The notes under the pieces: model-generated
Databases searched by the model: none
Seen by the model: the letters and a program-made list of their open reading frames with translations, nothing else
Told to the model about the DNA's origin: nothing
Assembly (NCBI GenBank): GCA_036337435.1
Contig: JAYZEG010000037.1
Location: 32,001-96,000 of the forward strand
DNA length: 64,000 nt
Direction: 5' to 3'
DNA from: Myxococcota bacterium
GTDB lineage: Bacteria > Myxococcota_A > Bradymonadia > UBA7976 > UBA1532
Program-made: the position numbers and the translations under genes
Part shown: piece after piece, positions 19,635 to 29,200 of the stretch
How positions within the stretch are numbered: position 1 is the first letter of the stretch
Layout of the letters: every line of letters starts with the position of its first letter

Positions 19635-21182
19635 ATGAAACCAACGGTGATTCTAAATCGATGCGCAGACTATGATACACAGCGGATTGAAGAACTGGTT
19701 TTCAAGGGTCTTGAGCGTCTCGACTTGTATCCTCGGGGGCGCACTCTAGTTAAGCCAAACTGTGTAACCAGCGGCCCATACTTTCCTCACGCACACACTC
19801 GAGTCGAATTTCTCGAAGGTGTACTACGCGCCATCGAGCGGCGTGCACCCGAGCCGTTGGATGAACTCGCTGTAGGCGAACGATGCGGCATTACAGTGCC
19901 GACTCGCTTCGCCTATAATGGGGCAAATTACTATCCACTTCGGAAACGAATTAAAGGACTCAAATTCTACCATTTTGAGGAGTGTCCGCAGGTCGAAATC
20001 CCCCTCTATCACGAGGGTCGATTGCGGGATTCATTTTTTACCCCTGAGCCCGTTGCACAGGCTGACTTCTTCGTAAATTGCCCGAAGTTTAAGGCTCACC
20101 CCTGGACGACGGTCACCTTTTCTATGAAGAACTATATTGGGATTCAAGACGACCGCCATCGTCTGTTGGACCATGATCATCGCCTCAATGAAAAAGTGTC
20201 CGACCTGCAGTATATCGTGCAACCGCAGTTTGTAGTGACCGATGGCATTATCGCCGGTGAGGGCCGTATGCTCACCCCAACCCCCTTCGATTTAGGTTTG
20301 GTCGCCATGGGAAACAATCAGGTCGCCTTCGATTCTGTATGTTGCCATATCATCGGTGTCGATCCCATGAGTGTTGAACACATTAGACTGGCCTATGAAA
20401 ATGGTTTCGGGCCCGTAGACCTCTCGGAGATCGACATTGTTGGCGACCTCAGCCTCGACGAAGCCAAAGAACGTGGTCAGGGATTCGAAGTCGGGCTGAT
20501 ACGGGTTGAAGACTACTTCAAGGGAACCAAAATAAGAGCCTACGGCGGCCGACCACCAAGTGATGGTGGCCATGATTATTGCTGGGGAGGCTGTCCTGGA
20601 GCCCTTGAAGAAGCCATTGAAATCATGCGCTTATATGATCAACAAACCGATGAAAAACTACCACCGATGCACGTGGTATTCGGAGAGTATGACAAACCCA
20701 TTCAACCAGGTCCGGGTGAGAAGATCATTTTTATAGGAGACTGCGCTAAATACTCTGGTCAACTGGGGGAGCAACTCGTTCAACTGGAGAGTGTGTACGT
20801 TGACCGGAGTCAAAAACAGCCCTTGGATGCGGAGGCTGACGATATTTTTATGAAAATGTGGTCGGTGCGACGAAAGATGGCCAAGCTCAAAAACCAAGAT
20901 TATATTCGCATCGCTGGATGTCCCGTCAGCGTTGCGGAGCAAACTTTAATTTTGATCCAATTGGGCGGTCTTAAAAGCCCCTACTTCGATCCGAAGCAAG
21001 TCGTGCCCTTCGTGAGTGCCTATTTATCCTCGCGTACTCGAACGGCGTTCTCTCGTCTCTTTGGGATCAAATACAATCAGCCAGGCCCAATGTTACGGGG
21101 TCGGGCACGCCCCAAACTCAACTTACCCCCACCCGGGGTGCCGACCCCTCTTGAATTAAAATCACTGCCGTCTAAAGGCTAG
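19635..21182 (+). CDS. DUF362-domain protein with a Cys-containing C-terminal domain
   Basis: LVKPN, VNCPKFKAH, TFSMKNYIG, DGIIAGEG; GAGGAG RBS before ATG 19635. Confidence 0.85.
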   Translation: MKPTVILNRCADYDTQRIEELVFKGLERLDLYPRGRTLVKPNCVTSGPYFPHAHTRVEFLEGVLRAIERRAPEPLDELAVGERCGITVPTRFAYNGANYYPLRKRIKGLKFYHFEECPQVEIPLYHEGRLRDSFFTPEPVAQADFFVNCPKFKAHPWTTVTFSMKNYIGIQDDRHRLLDHDHRLNEKVSDLQYIVQPQFVVTDGIIAGEGRMLTPTPFDLGLVAMGNNQVAFDSVCCHIIGVDPMSVEHIRLAYENGFGPVDLSEIDIVGDLSLDEAKERGQGFEVGLIRVEDYFKGTKIRAYGGRPPSDGGHDYCWGGCPGALEEAIEIMRLYDQQTDEKLPPMHVVFGEYDKPIQPGPGEKIIFIGDCAKYSGQLGEQLVQLESVYVDRSQKQPLDAEADDIFMKMWSVRRKMAKLKNQDYIRIAGCPVSVAEQTLILIQLGGLKSPYFDPKQVVPFVSAYLSSRTRTAFSRLFGIKYNQPGPMLRGRARPKLNLPPPGVPTPLELKSLPSKG

Positions 21183-21272
21183 TTCAATGACCATTGTGTT
21201 GAACGAGAACGTCGCTGTGGTTCAGTCTCCAGTCGACCGGCAGCACATCCCTCGCCATAAGGCTTTGCGGTC

Positions 21273-22358
21273 ATGGGTAGCCTAGTCGAAGCTTGGTCAC
21301 GGGTGATCGTTCATGCGGACATGGATGCATTTTTTGCCGCCGTCGAAGAACTTGATGATCCAACGTTAAAAACGTGTCCATTGGCCATTGGTGGCCGCAC
21401 GTCCCGAGGTGTTGTCGCAACGGCAAACTACCTGGCCCGACGCTATGGAGTGCGCAGTGCAATGCCTATGGCAACTGCAAAACGATTGTGTGCAAATCTG
21501 GTTGTAGTCCGGCCGAGAATGGACCGTTACCGAGAGGTCTCAAAATGCGTTATGAGGGTATTGCACTCATTTAGTCCACGATTGGAGCCACTCAGTCTGG
21601 ATGAAGCCTTTCTCGATATGACAAACCGCAGCGATGCTTTCAACAGTCCGGACGATTTGGGCCATAAAATAAAAACCCGGGTCTTTGAAGCGACGGGGGG
21701 ATTGACAGTTTCGGTCGGCATTTCCAATACGAAAGCGGTCGCCAAAATTGCGAGCGATTTCAAAAAACCCAACGGGTTGACGATTGTCTACCCCAACATG
21801 GTGGCAGATTTCTTGGCACCCCTGCCTGTATCAAAACTGTGGGGCGTGGGCCCAAAAGCACACGAAAGGATGACAGCCGCGGGCTTTACGACCATCGGAG
21901 ACGTGGCGAAGGCCAGCGACCAAGAACTGGGTCGTCTGGGCACCAATGGACCGGCTTACAGGCGTCTAGCCCAAGGCGTCGATTACCGGAGTGTTGGCTC
22001 GAAAGGACGACCTAAAAGCATTGGTTGGGAGCGAACACTAGAGATTGATCTCCCCCTCTCCGATGCGCTCATGGAGCACGTCAAAGCGTCTGTGATGGGC
22101 GTGTGCGAGCGAATCAAGAATCGGAATTTGAAGGCGGGTGGTGTTCGAGTCAAACTCAAAACATCCGATTTCAAAAACATCACTCGCCAGCAACATTTAC
22201 CGGAAGCGACCGACGACCCAGAAAAAATCTTAGTCGCCGCCACCACACTTCTCAACAGCATCAAACCAGGCAATACCTACCGACTCGTTGGTGTCGCCAC
22301 CTTCGCATTGGTCCACGAGGCAGAGGGCATGCAAATGACGCTATTCGACCATCAGTAG
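21273..22358 (+). CDS. dinB: DNA polymerase IV (Y family)
   Basis: HADMDAFFAAVE, RGVVATANYLARRYGVRSAMP, SLDEAFLD, AKIASDFKKPNG, LWGVGPK. Confidence 0.95.
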   Translation: MGSLVEAWSRVIVHADMDAFFAAVEELDDPTLKTCPLAIGGRTSRGVVATANYLARRYGVRSAMPMATAKRLCANLVVVRPRMDRYREVSKCVMRVLHSFSPRLEPLSLDEAFLDMTNRSDAFNSPDDLGHKIKTRVFEATGGLTVSVGISNTKAVAKIASDFKKPNGLTIVYPNMVADFLAPLPVSKLWGVGPKAHERMTAAGFTTIGDVAKASDQELGRLGTNGPAYRRLAQGVDYRSVGSKGRPKSIGWERTLEIDLPLSDALMEHVKASVMGVCERIKNRNLKAGGVRVKLKTSDFKNITRQQHLPEATDDPEKILVAATTLLNSIKPGNTYRLVGVATFALVHEAEGMQMTLFDHQ

Positions 22359-22490
22359 TGTGCCAGTACAATACCCGATGCGATCTCTCTCGTTGTTCAT
22401 TTCACTCAGAAAATGAAACCTAAGCCCTTCAGCGCGCCTCCAAAATACATGGGGTGCTGTTTGAATGCGCTCCTGGGCAAGGTGCGTCCA

Positions 22491-23798
22491 ATGGCAAAAC
22501 AACATTCAGTAAAAGCCGGTCTACGCAAGATGGTGGGAGGAGCCATACTCGTCGGAGTCAGTGTCGCGCTGGCCACGTTCGGCGGTGGCCTCTCAGACTG
22601 GACTGGTCTCGGGGGACCATCGGATGACATCGTCCAACGCTTTGTCGCCAAACAAGTCCCCCACGGTGCTCGAACGACGTATCAACTCGCCCAGGCCCCG
22701 ATGGCCACCTACCGGTCGGATGCGTACGAGGACGACCGGTATGGAGCGGATGTGCTTCTCTCGCCCTCGCTCTCGTATGCGGCCAACGACGTCGCATTCT
22801 TCTATCAGCAGACTCGGCGTCTTGCACCCAGCGAGGTTCTCTCGTCATTTTTAAATGCAGGGGGTGCTCCCTATTGGGGTGTTCACCAAACCGTCTTGGT
22901 GACAACGCTCGAAGGCGACCAACCCATCCGTGAACTCCTCGCGGAGGCGGTCGCTAATTTTGATGGCCAGCCACACATCGGCCTCGGAGAAACGAGGGTA
23001 ATGGATGACCCACGACTCCGAATAATCACCCTCCTTCTCGCCAAAAAGACATTCGATTTCCATAGGCTTAAAAAGTCGCTGAATGCCGGTCAGAAAACCC
23101 GTATCACTGGCAAATTAGAGGCCGGCTATACAGCACCACAAATTCTCGCGATGAACCCAGCAGGACAGATTCGGTCGATCCCTGTACGCACCCATGCAAA
23201 CCAATTCCAGTTTAATTTACAAACGAGCCCGGGGCGTTGGACAATTGAAGTCATTGCGACGGGACCTGTAGGGCCAATTCCGTTGGCACAGGTCGAGTTG
23301 TACGTCTCCGAACCACCACCAAACCGAATTGAGTACCGATGGCCTCAAAATGAGGACTCGATAAAAAGTCCATCCACGTATCTGACAACGTTGGTCAATC
23401 TATCTAGGAAGGAAGCCGGCCTAAAAGAACTCAAACGGGTGCGCATTCTAGATTGGGTTGCTTGGCAACATAGCGAAGACATGCGAATTCACGAGTATGT
23501 CGGCCACTTTTCCCCCAGAAGTGGGATGCTTACCCAACGCCTTGATCGAGTGGCATACGATCGAAATTCAGCCGGAGAGAATGTCGCGCTCAACTCCACC
23601 ATAGCAGACGCGCATCAGGGGCTTATGCATAGCCTGGGCCACCGACGAAATCTTTTGAATGGCGACTACACGGAACTTGGTATTGGTGTGAGGAAAGGAC
23701 GGATAGGCTGGTATATCACGCAGATTTTCAGCGGTGGTGGAGCCAGCGAGCGTCTGGAGCGAAACAAGCACGCAAACCTTACGCTTGGAACGAAATAA
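22491..23798 (+). CDS. CAP/SCP-domain protein with N-terminal membrane anchor
   Basis: AWQHSEDM, GENVA, LMHSLGHRRNLLNGDYTELGIGV. Confidence 0.85.
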   Translation: MAKQHSVKAGLRKMVGGAILVGVSVALATFGGGLSDWTGLGGPSDDIVQRFVAKQVPHGARTTYQLAQAPMATYRSDAYEDDRYGADVLLSPSLSYAANDVAFFYQQTRRLAPSEVLSSFLNAGGAPYWGVHQTVLVTTLEGDQPIRELLAEAVANFDGQPHIGLGETRVMDDPRLRIITLLLAKKTFDFHRLKKSLNAGQKTRITGKLEAGYTAPQILAMNPAGQIRSIPVRTHANQFQFNLQTSPGRWTIEVIATGPVGPIPLAQVELYVSEPPPNRIEYRWPQNEDSIKSPSTYLTTLVNLSRKEAGLKELKRVRILDWVAWQHSEDMRIHEYVGHFSPRSGMLTQRLDRVAYDRNSAGENVALNSTIADAHQGLMHSLGHRRNLLNGDYTELGIGVRKGRIGWYITQIFSGGGASERLERNKHANLTLGTK

Positions 23799-23802
23799 AC
23801 CC

Positions 23803-25146
23803 CTATGGACGAGACGAAAGCGTCAACGTATAGGATGCGCTGCCGCCCTGAAATCCGGAAATCCGAATGAGTGCCGGTCCTGAATGCTCGACCACCTCAC
23901 CGTCGTCTTGACTAAACCCCCCGACCACCTCTCCGCTTTGGTCACGCAGTGGCCCGTCGACGGAGGTATCCCAGACGGCGACATCCAAATCACCAACGTC
24001 ATGGGCAAAGTCCAGATTGAGTCGCCAAGACCCGGTCTCGTTGATCTGGAAAAAGTCAGCATAACCGTCACAAATGCCGCCTCTCATGGTACCAAAGCCT
24101 AAGGGTGCTGCTTGCATAGACGAATTGTTTGGTTCCGAGTCCTCGTCGGGGCCATCGCATCGGTTCTCGACCATGGGCGGTGCAGGTGCTGTCCAATCCT
24201 GGTCCGGGTTATTTGCAACCGCGACCAAATCTAGGTCTCGCGCCCCTGTGGAATCATCGGCAATGATGCGCATATCGGAGCGACGCACGATAACGACCGT
24301 TGGATAAGCTCGAACAACGCCTGAGGTCGCCATGTATCCACCACCTCCTGGTTGAGTATCGGCATCACCAACCCGAATCCCAACGTCTCCAATGTATCTG
24401 GACAGATGACGATTGGCGATTTCACTCGTACAAGGCGCGTGATTATCATCTTCGAGTTCGATGAAAATAATTCGACCACCTGCAGCTTCTATTTCTGCGG
24501 CCGATTCAGCGATCCGCTGCGCATACGACGTACATGCGCCGCACCAGGTTGTACCCACCACGAAGATCATGATGCTAACGGACTCATCGCAGTGTAACTC
24601 TCCGAATCTGAGTGGTTTTACCTCGCCACCTGGGTAATGGGCATTCTCCCAATACACGTAGGGAATCGGTGCGGGTAAGTCACACGGGCATTCGCCGCTG
24701 CCTTGAGTCCTTATCGACCTTAGATAGGGGGAAAAGTCCGCGGGATAAGTGCAGGTATTAAGCGCACCTTCAATCCCACCCAGGCTGGCAATGACCGACA
24801 CTTTGCCATCAGATTTAATCTCAGCAAATGCAGGCCTAGGATCATCATCAAAAGACGCGACATCAGGATTTGATGTCGTCCATTGAACATCATTTGTCAA
24901 ATCGCGTTCGGTTCCGTCATCAAAAATACCCGTGGCGACGAAGTTCTTTGGCGTACCTGGCAACAGTGGCTTGATTCCAGCCATTGATACTCGGATTTCG
25001 GTTAATCCATCCACGGGTTGCATTTCAGCACCCAAGTCAGTCAACACGCCCGTGTCCGTGCCCGGCGTCGGAGACCCGCTGCTTCCATCACCGCCACAAC
25101 CAACGGTGAAAAAAAAGAATGCAACCAACAAAATAAACGGGTTCAT
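23803..25146 (-). CDS. Lipoprotein with Ig-like (Big_2), thioredoxin-like and PPC-like domains
   Basis: GGAGG RBS; lipobox TVGC; DGTERDLTNDVQWTTSNPDVA; WCGAC; EPNN...GDLDVAVW...SYTLTL. Confidence 0.75.
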   Translation of the reverse strand: MNPFILLVAFFFFTVGCGGDGSSGSPTPGTDTGVLTDLGAEMQPVDGLTEIRVSMAGIKPLLPGTPKNFVATGIFDDGTERDLTNDVQWTTSNPDVASFDDDPRPAFAEIKSDGKVSVIASLGGIEGALNTCTYPADFSPYLRSIRTQGSGECPCDLPAPIPYVYWENAHYPGGEVKPLRFGELHCDESVSIMIFVVGTTWCGACTSYAQRIAESAAEIEAAGGRIIFIELEDDNHAPCTSEIANRHLSRYIGDVGIRVGDADTQPGGGGYMATSGVVRAYPTVVIVRRSDMRIIADDSTGARDLDLVAVANNPDQDWTAPAPPMVENRCDGPDEDSEPNNSSMQAAPLGFGTMRGGICDGYADFFQINETGSWRLNLDFAHDVGDLDVAVWDTSVDGPLRDQSGEVVGGFSQDDGEVVEHSGPALIRISGFQGGSASYTLTLSSRP

Positions 25147-25232
25147 CGGGTCAGCCTCCCTGAATAGTGCCATCCTAGTTTATTAGGCCGTTCGACATTG
25201 AACAAGCGGGGATTTCACTCTTGGATGATACC

Positions 25233-26234
25233 CTAATGGCGTCCAATAGATCGAATATCAGCCACCGTGTCAGCGAGAGTCTGAGTCCACTCTCTCGGTA
25301 TGAAACCCAGTTCGTCGCGTGCGCGCGACCAGTTGATATACCAAAAATGACAGCCCATTTCGAAAGTGACCCGGTCAAGGCCTCCAAATACGGGCATGGA
25401 TGACATGCGCTTGATGAATCCACCCGAGCGTTTGATCAGTGTATTTGGAATCGTGAATGCTGGCGCGCGCACAGCACTGACTTGCTCAAGGCCAACCAAG
25501 AAATCGCGAATGGTACAATTAGCAGCACCCATCAAGTAACCCACACCCGGCACCCCATGGGTCATCAGATTCGGTAGAGCCGCCGCAACATCTCGAACAT
25601 CAACCAGACTCATCCCGCCGGGCAGAGCGGCCTTGATCTCCCCAGACAAAAATCGAGCTACATCACCCGTGCTGCTCGCGTTATAGTCACCAGGACCCAG
25701 TAAGAGCGTTGGCCGTGCGATCCGAACAGGCAGACCCTTTTCGACAAAGTGCGCAATTTCACGTTCGGCAAGAGCCTTAGATTCATAGTACGGCCAACGA
25801 CCGATGAGAGACCACGGGACGGGGCTCGACTCGTGCGCCTCAAAATCCGAACTGGTGCCAACACCAACCGTTCCAGACGTCGACACGCAGACAACGTCAT
25901 TGATCTTTTGGGCGAGACACGCGGCGAGAATATTCCGTGTGCCTGTTACGTGCACATCGTAGAGAAGGCCGCTATCGGCAGGACTGCGAGCGACAGTTCC
26001 GGCAAGATGATAGACTTGATCGATTCCATCAAGAGCATCCATGCAGGTGCTCTGATCGGTTACGCTTCCCTGGTACTGTTCGACACCAAGGTCGGCCAAC
26101 CTGGGCTCCGCGCGGCGCGATAAAGTCCTGACATTGACGTCGAGACAGAGCAATTCTTGGACGACGTGATAGCCCAGAAACCCACTCGCCCCCGTGACCA
26201 GAACCGTCTTTTTCTTCTTGCGGCGTTTCGCCAT
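25233..26234 (-). CDS. elbE: NAD-dependent epimerase/dehydratase (ElbE-like)
   Basis: VTGASGFLG, YYESKALAE; immediately downstream of the elbD-like gene. Symbol assigned from synteny. Confidence 0.8.
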   Translation of the reverse strand: MAKRRKKKKTVLVTGASGFLGYHVVQELLCLDVNVRTLSRRAEPRLADLGVEQYQGSVTDQSTCMDALDGIDQVYHLAGTVARSPADSGLLYDVHVTGTRNILAACLAQKINDVVCVSTSGTVGVGTSSDFEAHESSPVPWSLIGRWPYYESKALAEREIAHFVEKGLPVRIARPTLLLGPGDYNASSTGDVARFLSGEIKAALPGGMSLVDVRDVAAALPNLMTHGVPGVGYLMGAANCTIRDFLVGLEQVSAVRAPAFTIPNTLIKRSGGFIKRMSSMPVFGGLDRVTFEMGCHFWYINWSRARDELGFIPREWTQTLADTVADIRSIGRH

Positions 26235-26237
26235 GGT

Positions 26238-29200
26238 TTAGAGTCCAAACGTAGATTTAAATTGCATCAATAAATTTGGGTCATTTGTTTTAACCCGACC
26301 ATCCGTAAACTCAGTGAAAGAGGGGACATACCCTTCACGCACAATTTTCGTAAATGTTTTCACATCGGTTTTCAAAACGCAGTCCGCATTTCCATCACTT
26401 GGTCGACCCGGCGTCGCTTCTACATGGTCTTCTTTTGCGCGAAGGGTCCACTTGCCATCGGACTTATCGCCCAAGCTAAAGTACCAAGTCGTCGGTTTTG
26501 AGAGGGCTTCTGGAACAAAGCGACGGGGCAGCTCCTCAAAAATCGCTTCGAGTTCGGATTGGCCACGCGCAGCCGTCTCGCCCGCCAGCCAAGGATACAC
26601 ATCTCCGTCTCGAAGAGCTCTGACCGCGAGGTGGAGAATCTCCGCAATTCGCGCGTACGTCTCGATCCGGTTCATCCCTTTCGTCTGCTCCTCGATAAAC
26701 GCATGATCAATCACCGGTCCAATCACTGCGGTCAACTTACGCTGAGTGGGTACTGCTGCCCCTTTCGGTAAGGCTCGATACGTCCCTCTTAAAAATAAGG
26801 GCAGTACAGACAACTGACTTTTCTGCTGTAGATAGCCTACCCCATGCTTAAATTCTTGAAGTTGGCCATCCGGTGAACGGGTGCCTTCGGGGAATACGAG
26901 GACGATCCGCCCGCGATTTAAAGCTGTTTCTGCATGACGTAGGCTCTTTTCCAAAGACCCACTTCGTTCAACTGGGATGAGGTTTGTAAATGGCTCAAAA
27001 AAGTCGCGTTTATACTGTTTGTCGAAGAAATAGTCACTGGCTGCAAGTGCAGATAGGTTCGGTGCATAATCGCCCAGTGCGTATTTGACCAACCCCATAT
27101 CGAGATGACTCGAATGGTTGCTAATCACCAAAACCTGGCTATTCCTTGGAATGTTTTCGGTTCCTTTTACCTGGACCTTAAACGCTTGGTCGTACAGTTT
27201 TTTCTGAGCCGAACCAAGAAGCTGTCGCCCGACGTCTGCCAATGCATCCGGCATTGGCCGTGGTTCTTGGGCATCGACGACGACGGTCGCTCTGCCAAAG
27301 TCTTTCGAGTCAACCAAGTGCGCTAATTCGCCAACGGTCGAACATGACATAAGACGCTCAGGATCGAGGCTGGTCTTCACCTTTTCCTCGATCAAAAGTC
27401 TCAATTCGACATACTGCAAGCTGCTGAGCCCCAAATCTTGGGTCAAGTGAGTCTCGGGCGTCACATCGACGGATTCGAGTCCTGCCAGAGCAGCAATGGC
27501 ACCGTAGAGCCAAGCTGGCTCGCGCCCGGCGGGGACAGACATGCCCTCACGCCTGGAACTTTTGCCGACGCTGACCAAACGAATGAGTTGTTCTCTCACA
27601 TCCGCCCGCTTAATTTTACGGGTCGCTGTCCTAGGCAGTTTCTCCGTCCAAAATCTCAGCGTGCGAATGCGCTGATGATCCGCGAGACCCATGCCCGTCT
27701 TTGTAAAGTGAGCTTTAATTTGAGCTTGATAATCAGCGGGTGGGTTCTCAACGGGCACGATTAAAGCACCGACCCTTTGGTCACCCTGTGGGTCAGGAAT
27801 GCCAACGATGCAAATTTCCTCGATCAAATCATGGTCACTGTAGACCGACTCAAGCTCATCAGGATAAACATTCTTACCACTGCTGGTCACGATCAATTCT
27901 TTACGTCGACCCACCAGCGTGAGCCGACCATCCTTGTCCAAACGCCCAAGATCGCCGGTGTGCAACCAACCCTCTTTAACCGTATTTCGTGTTGCCTCCG
28001 GGTCATTTAGGTATCCAGCCATGACGTTTGCGCCTCTGGCGACGACTTCCCCGACACCATCAGCATCTGGGTCGAGAACATGCAACTTAACGCCCGGCAA
28101 CCCTGTTCCTACACTGCCTGAGCCCTTTCGATCACCAGGACGGCGCACACTCAGGACGGGCGCGGCTTCGGTTAGCCCGTAGCCTTCTAGAAGCTCGAAA
28201 CCAAGACCTTCGAAAGCATTGAGAACAGGTTCGCTGAGTGCGGCCCCCCCACTGATCAAGTGTCGAATTTGGCCGCCCAGCATGCGATGAACTTCGCTAA
28301 ATGACATGGGTCCGAGATTGACCCCATATTGTTTCTTTAAAAATCGAGACAGCCGCAGCATAGCTGTAAAGGCGAGGTGAGCCGCCTCCCCTCGATCTCT
28401 CACTTCCGTCTCAATTCGACGATGCAAAACATCCCATAGTGCGGGCACGCCAATCAGTCCGGTGGGTCTAAAATCCGAGAGTGCTTCGCGTAAAAGCCCA
28501 CCCTCCAACTCATCGAGATACAAGACATGAGCACCTACACTCAGTGGCATAAGTAATCCGCAGCTGAACTCAAAGGTGTGAAATAACGGCAGGACGCTCA
28601 GAAAGCGGTCTTTATGGTCAACTCGAAACGTCCCATGAAGTGATGCGAGAAGCGCAGTAAAATTGCCGTGTGTCAGCATGACACCTTTTGGGTCGCCCGT
28701 CGTGCCGCTCGTAAAGAGCAAACTGGCAACGTCTTCACTTCGATCTCTGCACTCGATCTCAAGTACGGGCTCAGCATCAAACACGTCACCGACAGAGGCC
28801 ATTGGGCAACTCTGTTCGGGCAATCGGTCCTCATGATGAATTAATAGTTTAGACTGACACTTCGCTATAATTCGACCCAACTCCGCATCAGGCATCTCGA
28901 AATCGACCGGGACAGCGACCGCATCGGCTAAGAGAATCCCAAAGTAAATCATGGGCCAGGCCGGCTCGTTCTTACTCATCAAAACGATGGCGTCTCCCCG
29001 CCTGATCCCTTGGGTCTTCAGATAACCTGCGACTCGGCACGCAGCATCATACACTTCTCCAAAGGTATACGTTGATTCAACACCTTGTTCAGATGTGTAA
29101 AAACTAACCGCTTTGCGTTCTTTATGCGCGCGGCATGCTGTTCGGAACACCTCGACCAAATCACGCGCTTTTGCGACCTTGCGAACGGGCCTCATCCGGT

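Noticed and set aside
21182..21230. LexA box upstream of dinB (GTTCAA...TTGAAC, GAAC-N9-GTTC)
   Set aside because: Spacing does not fit the LexA consensus sequences I know.
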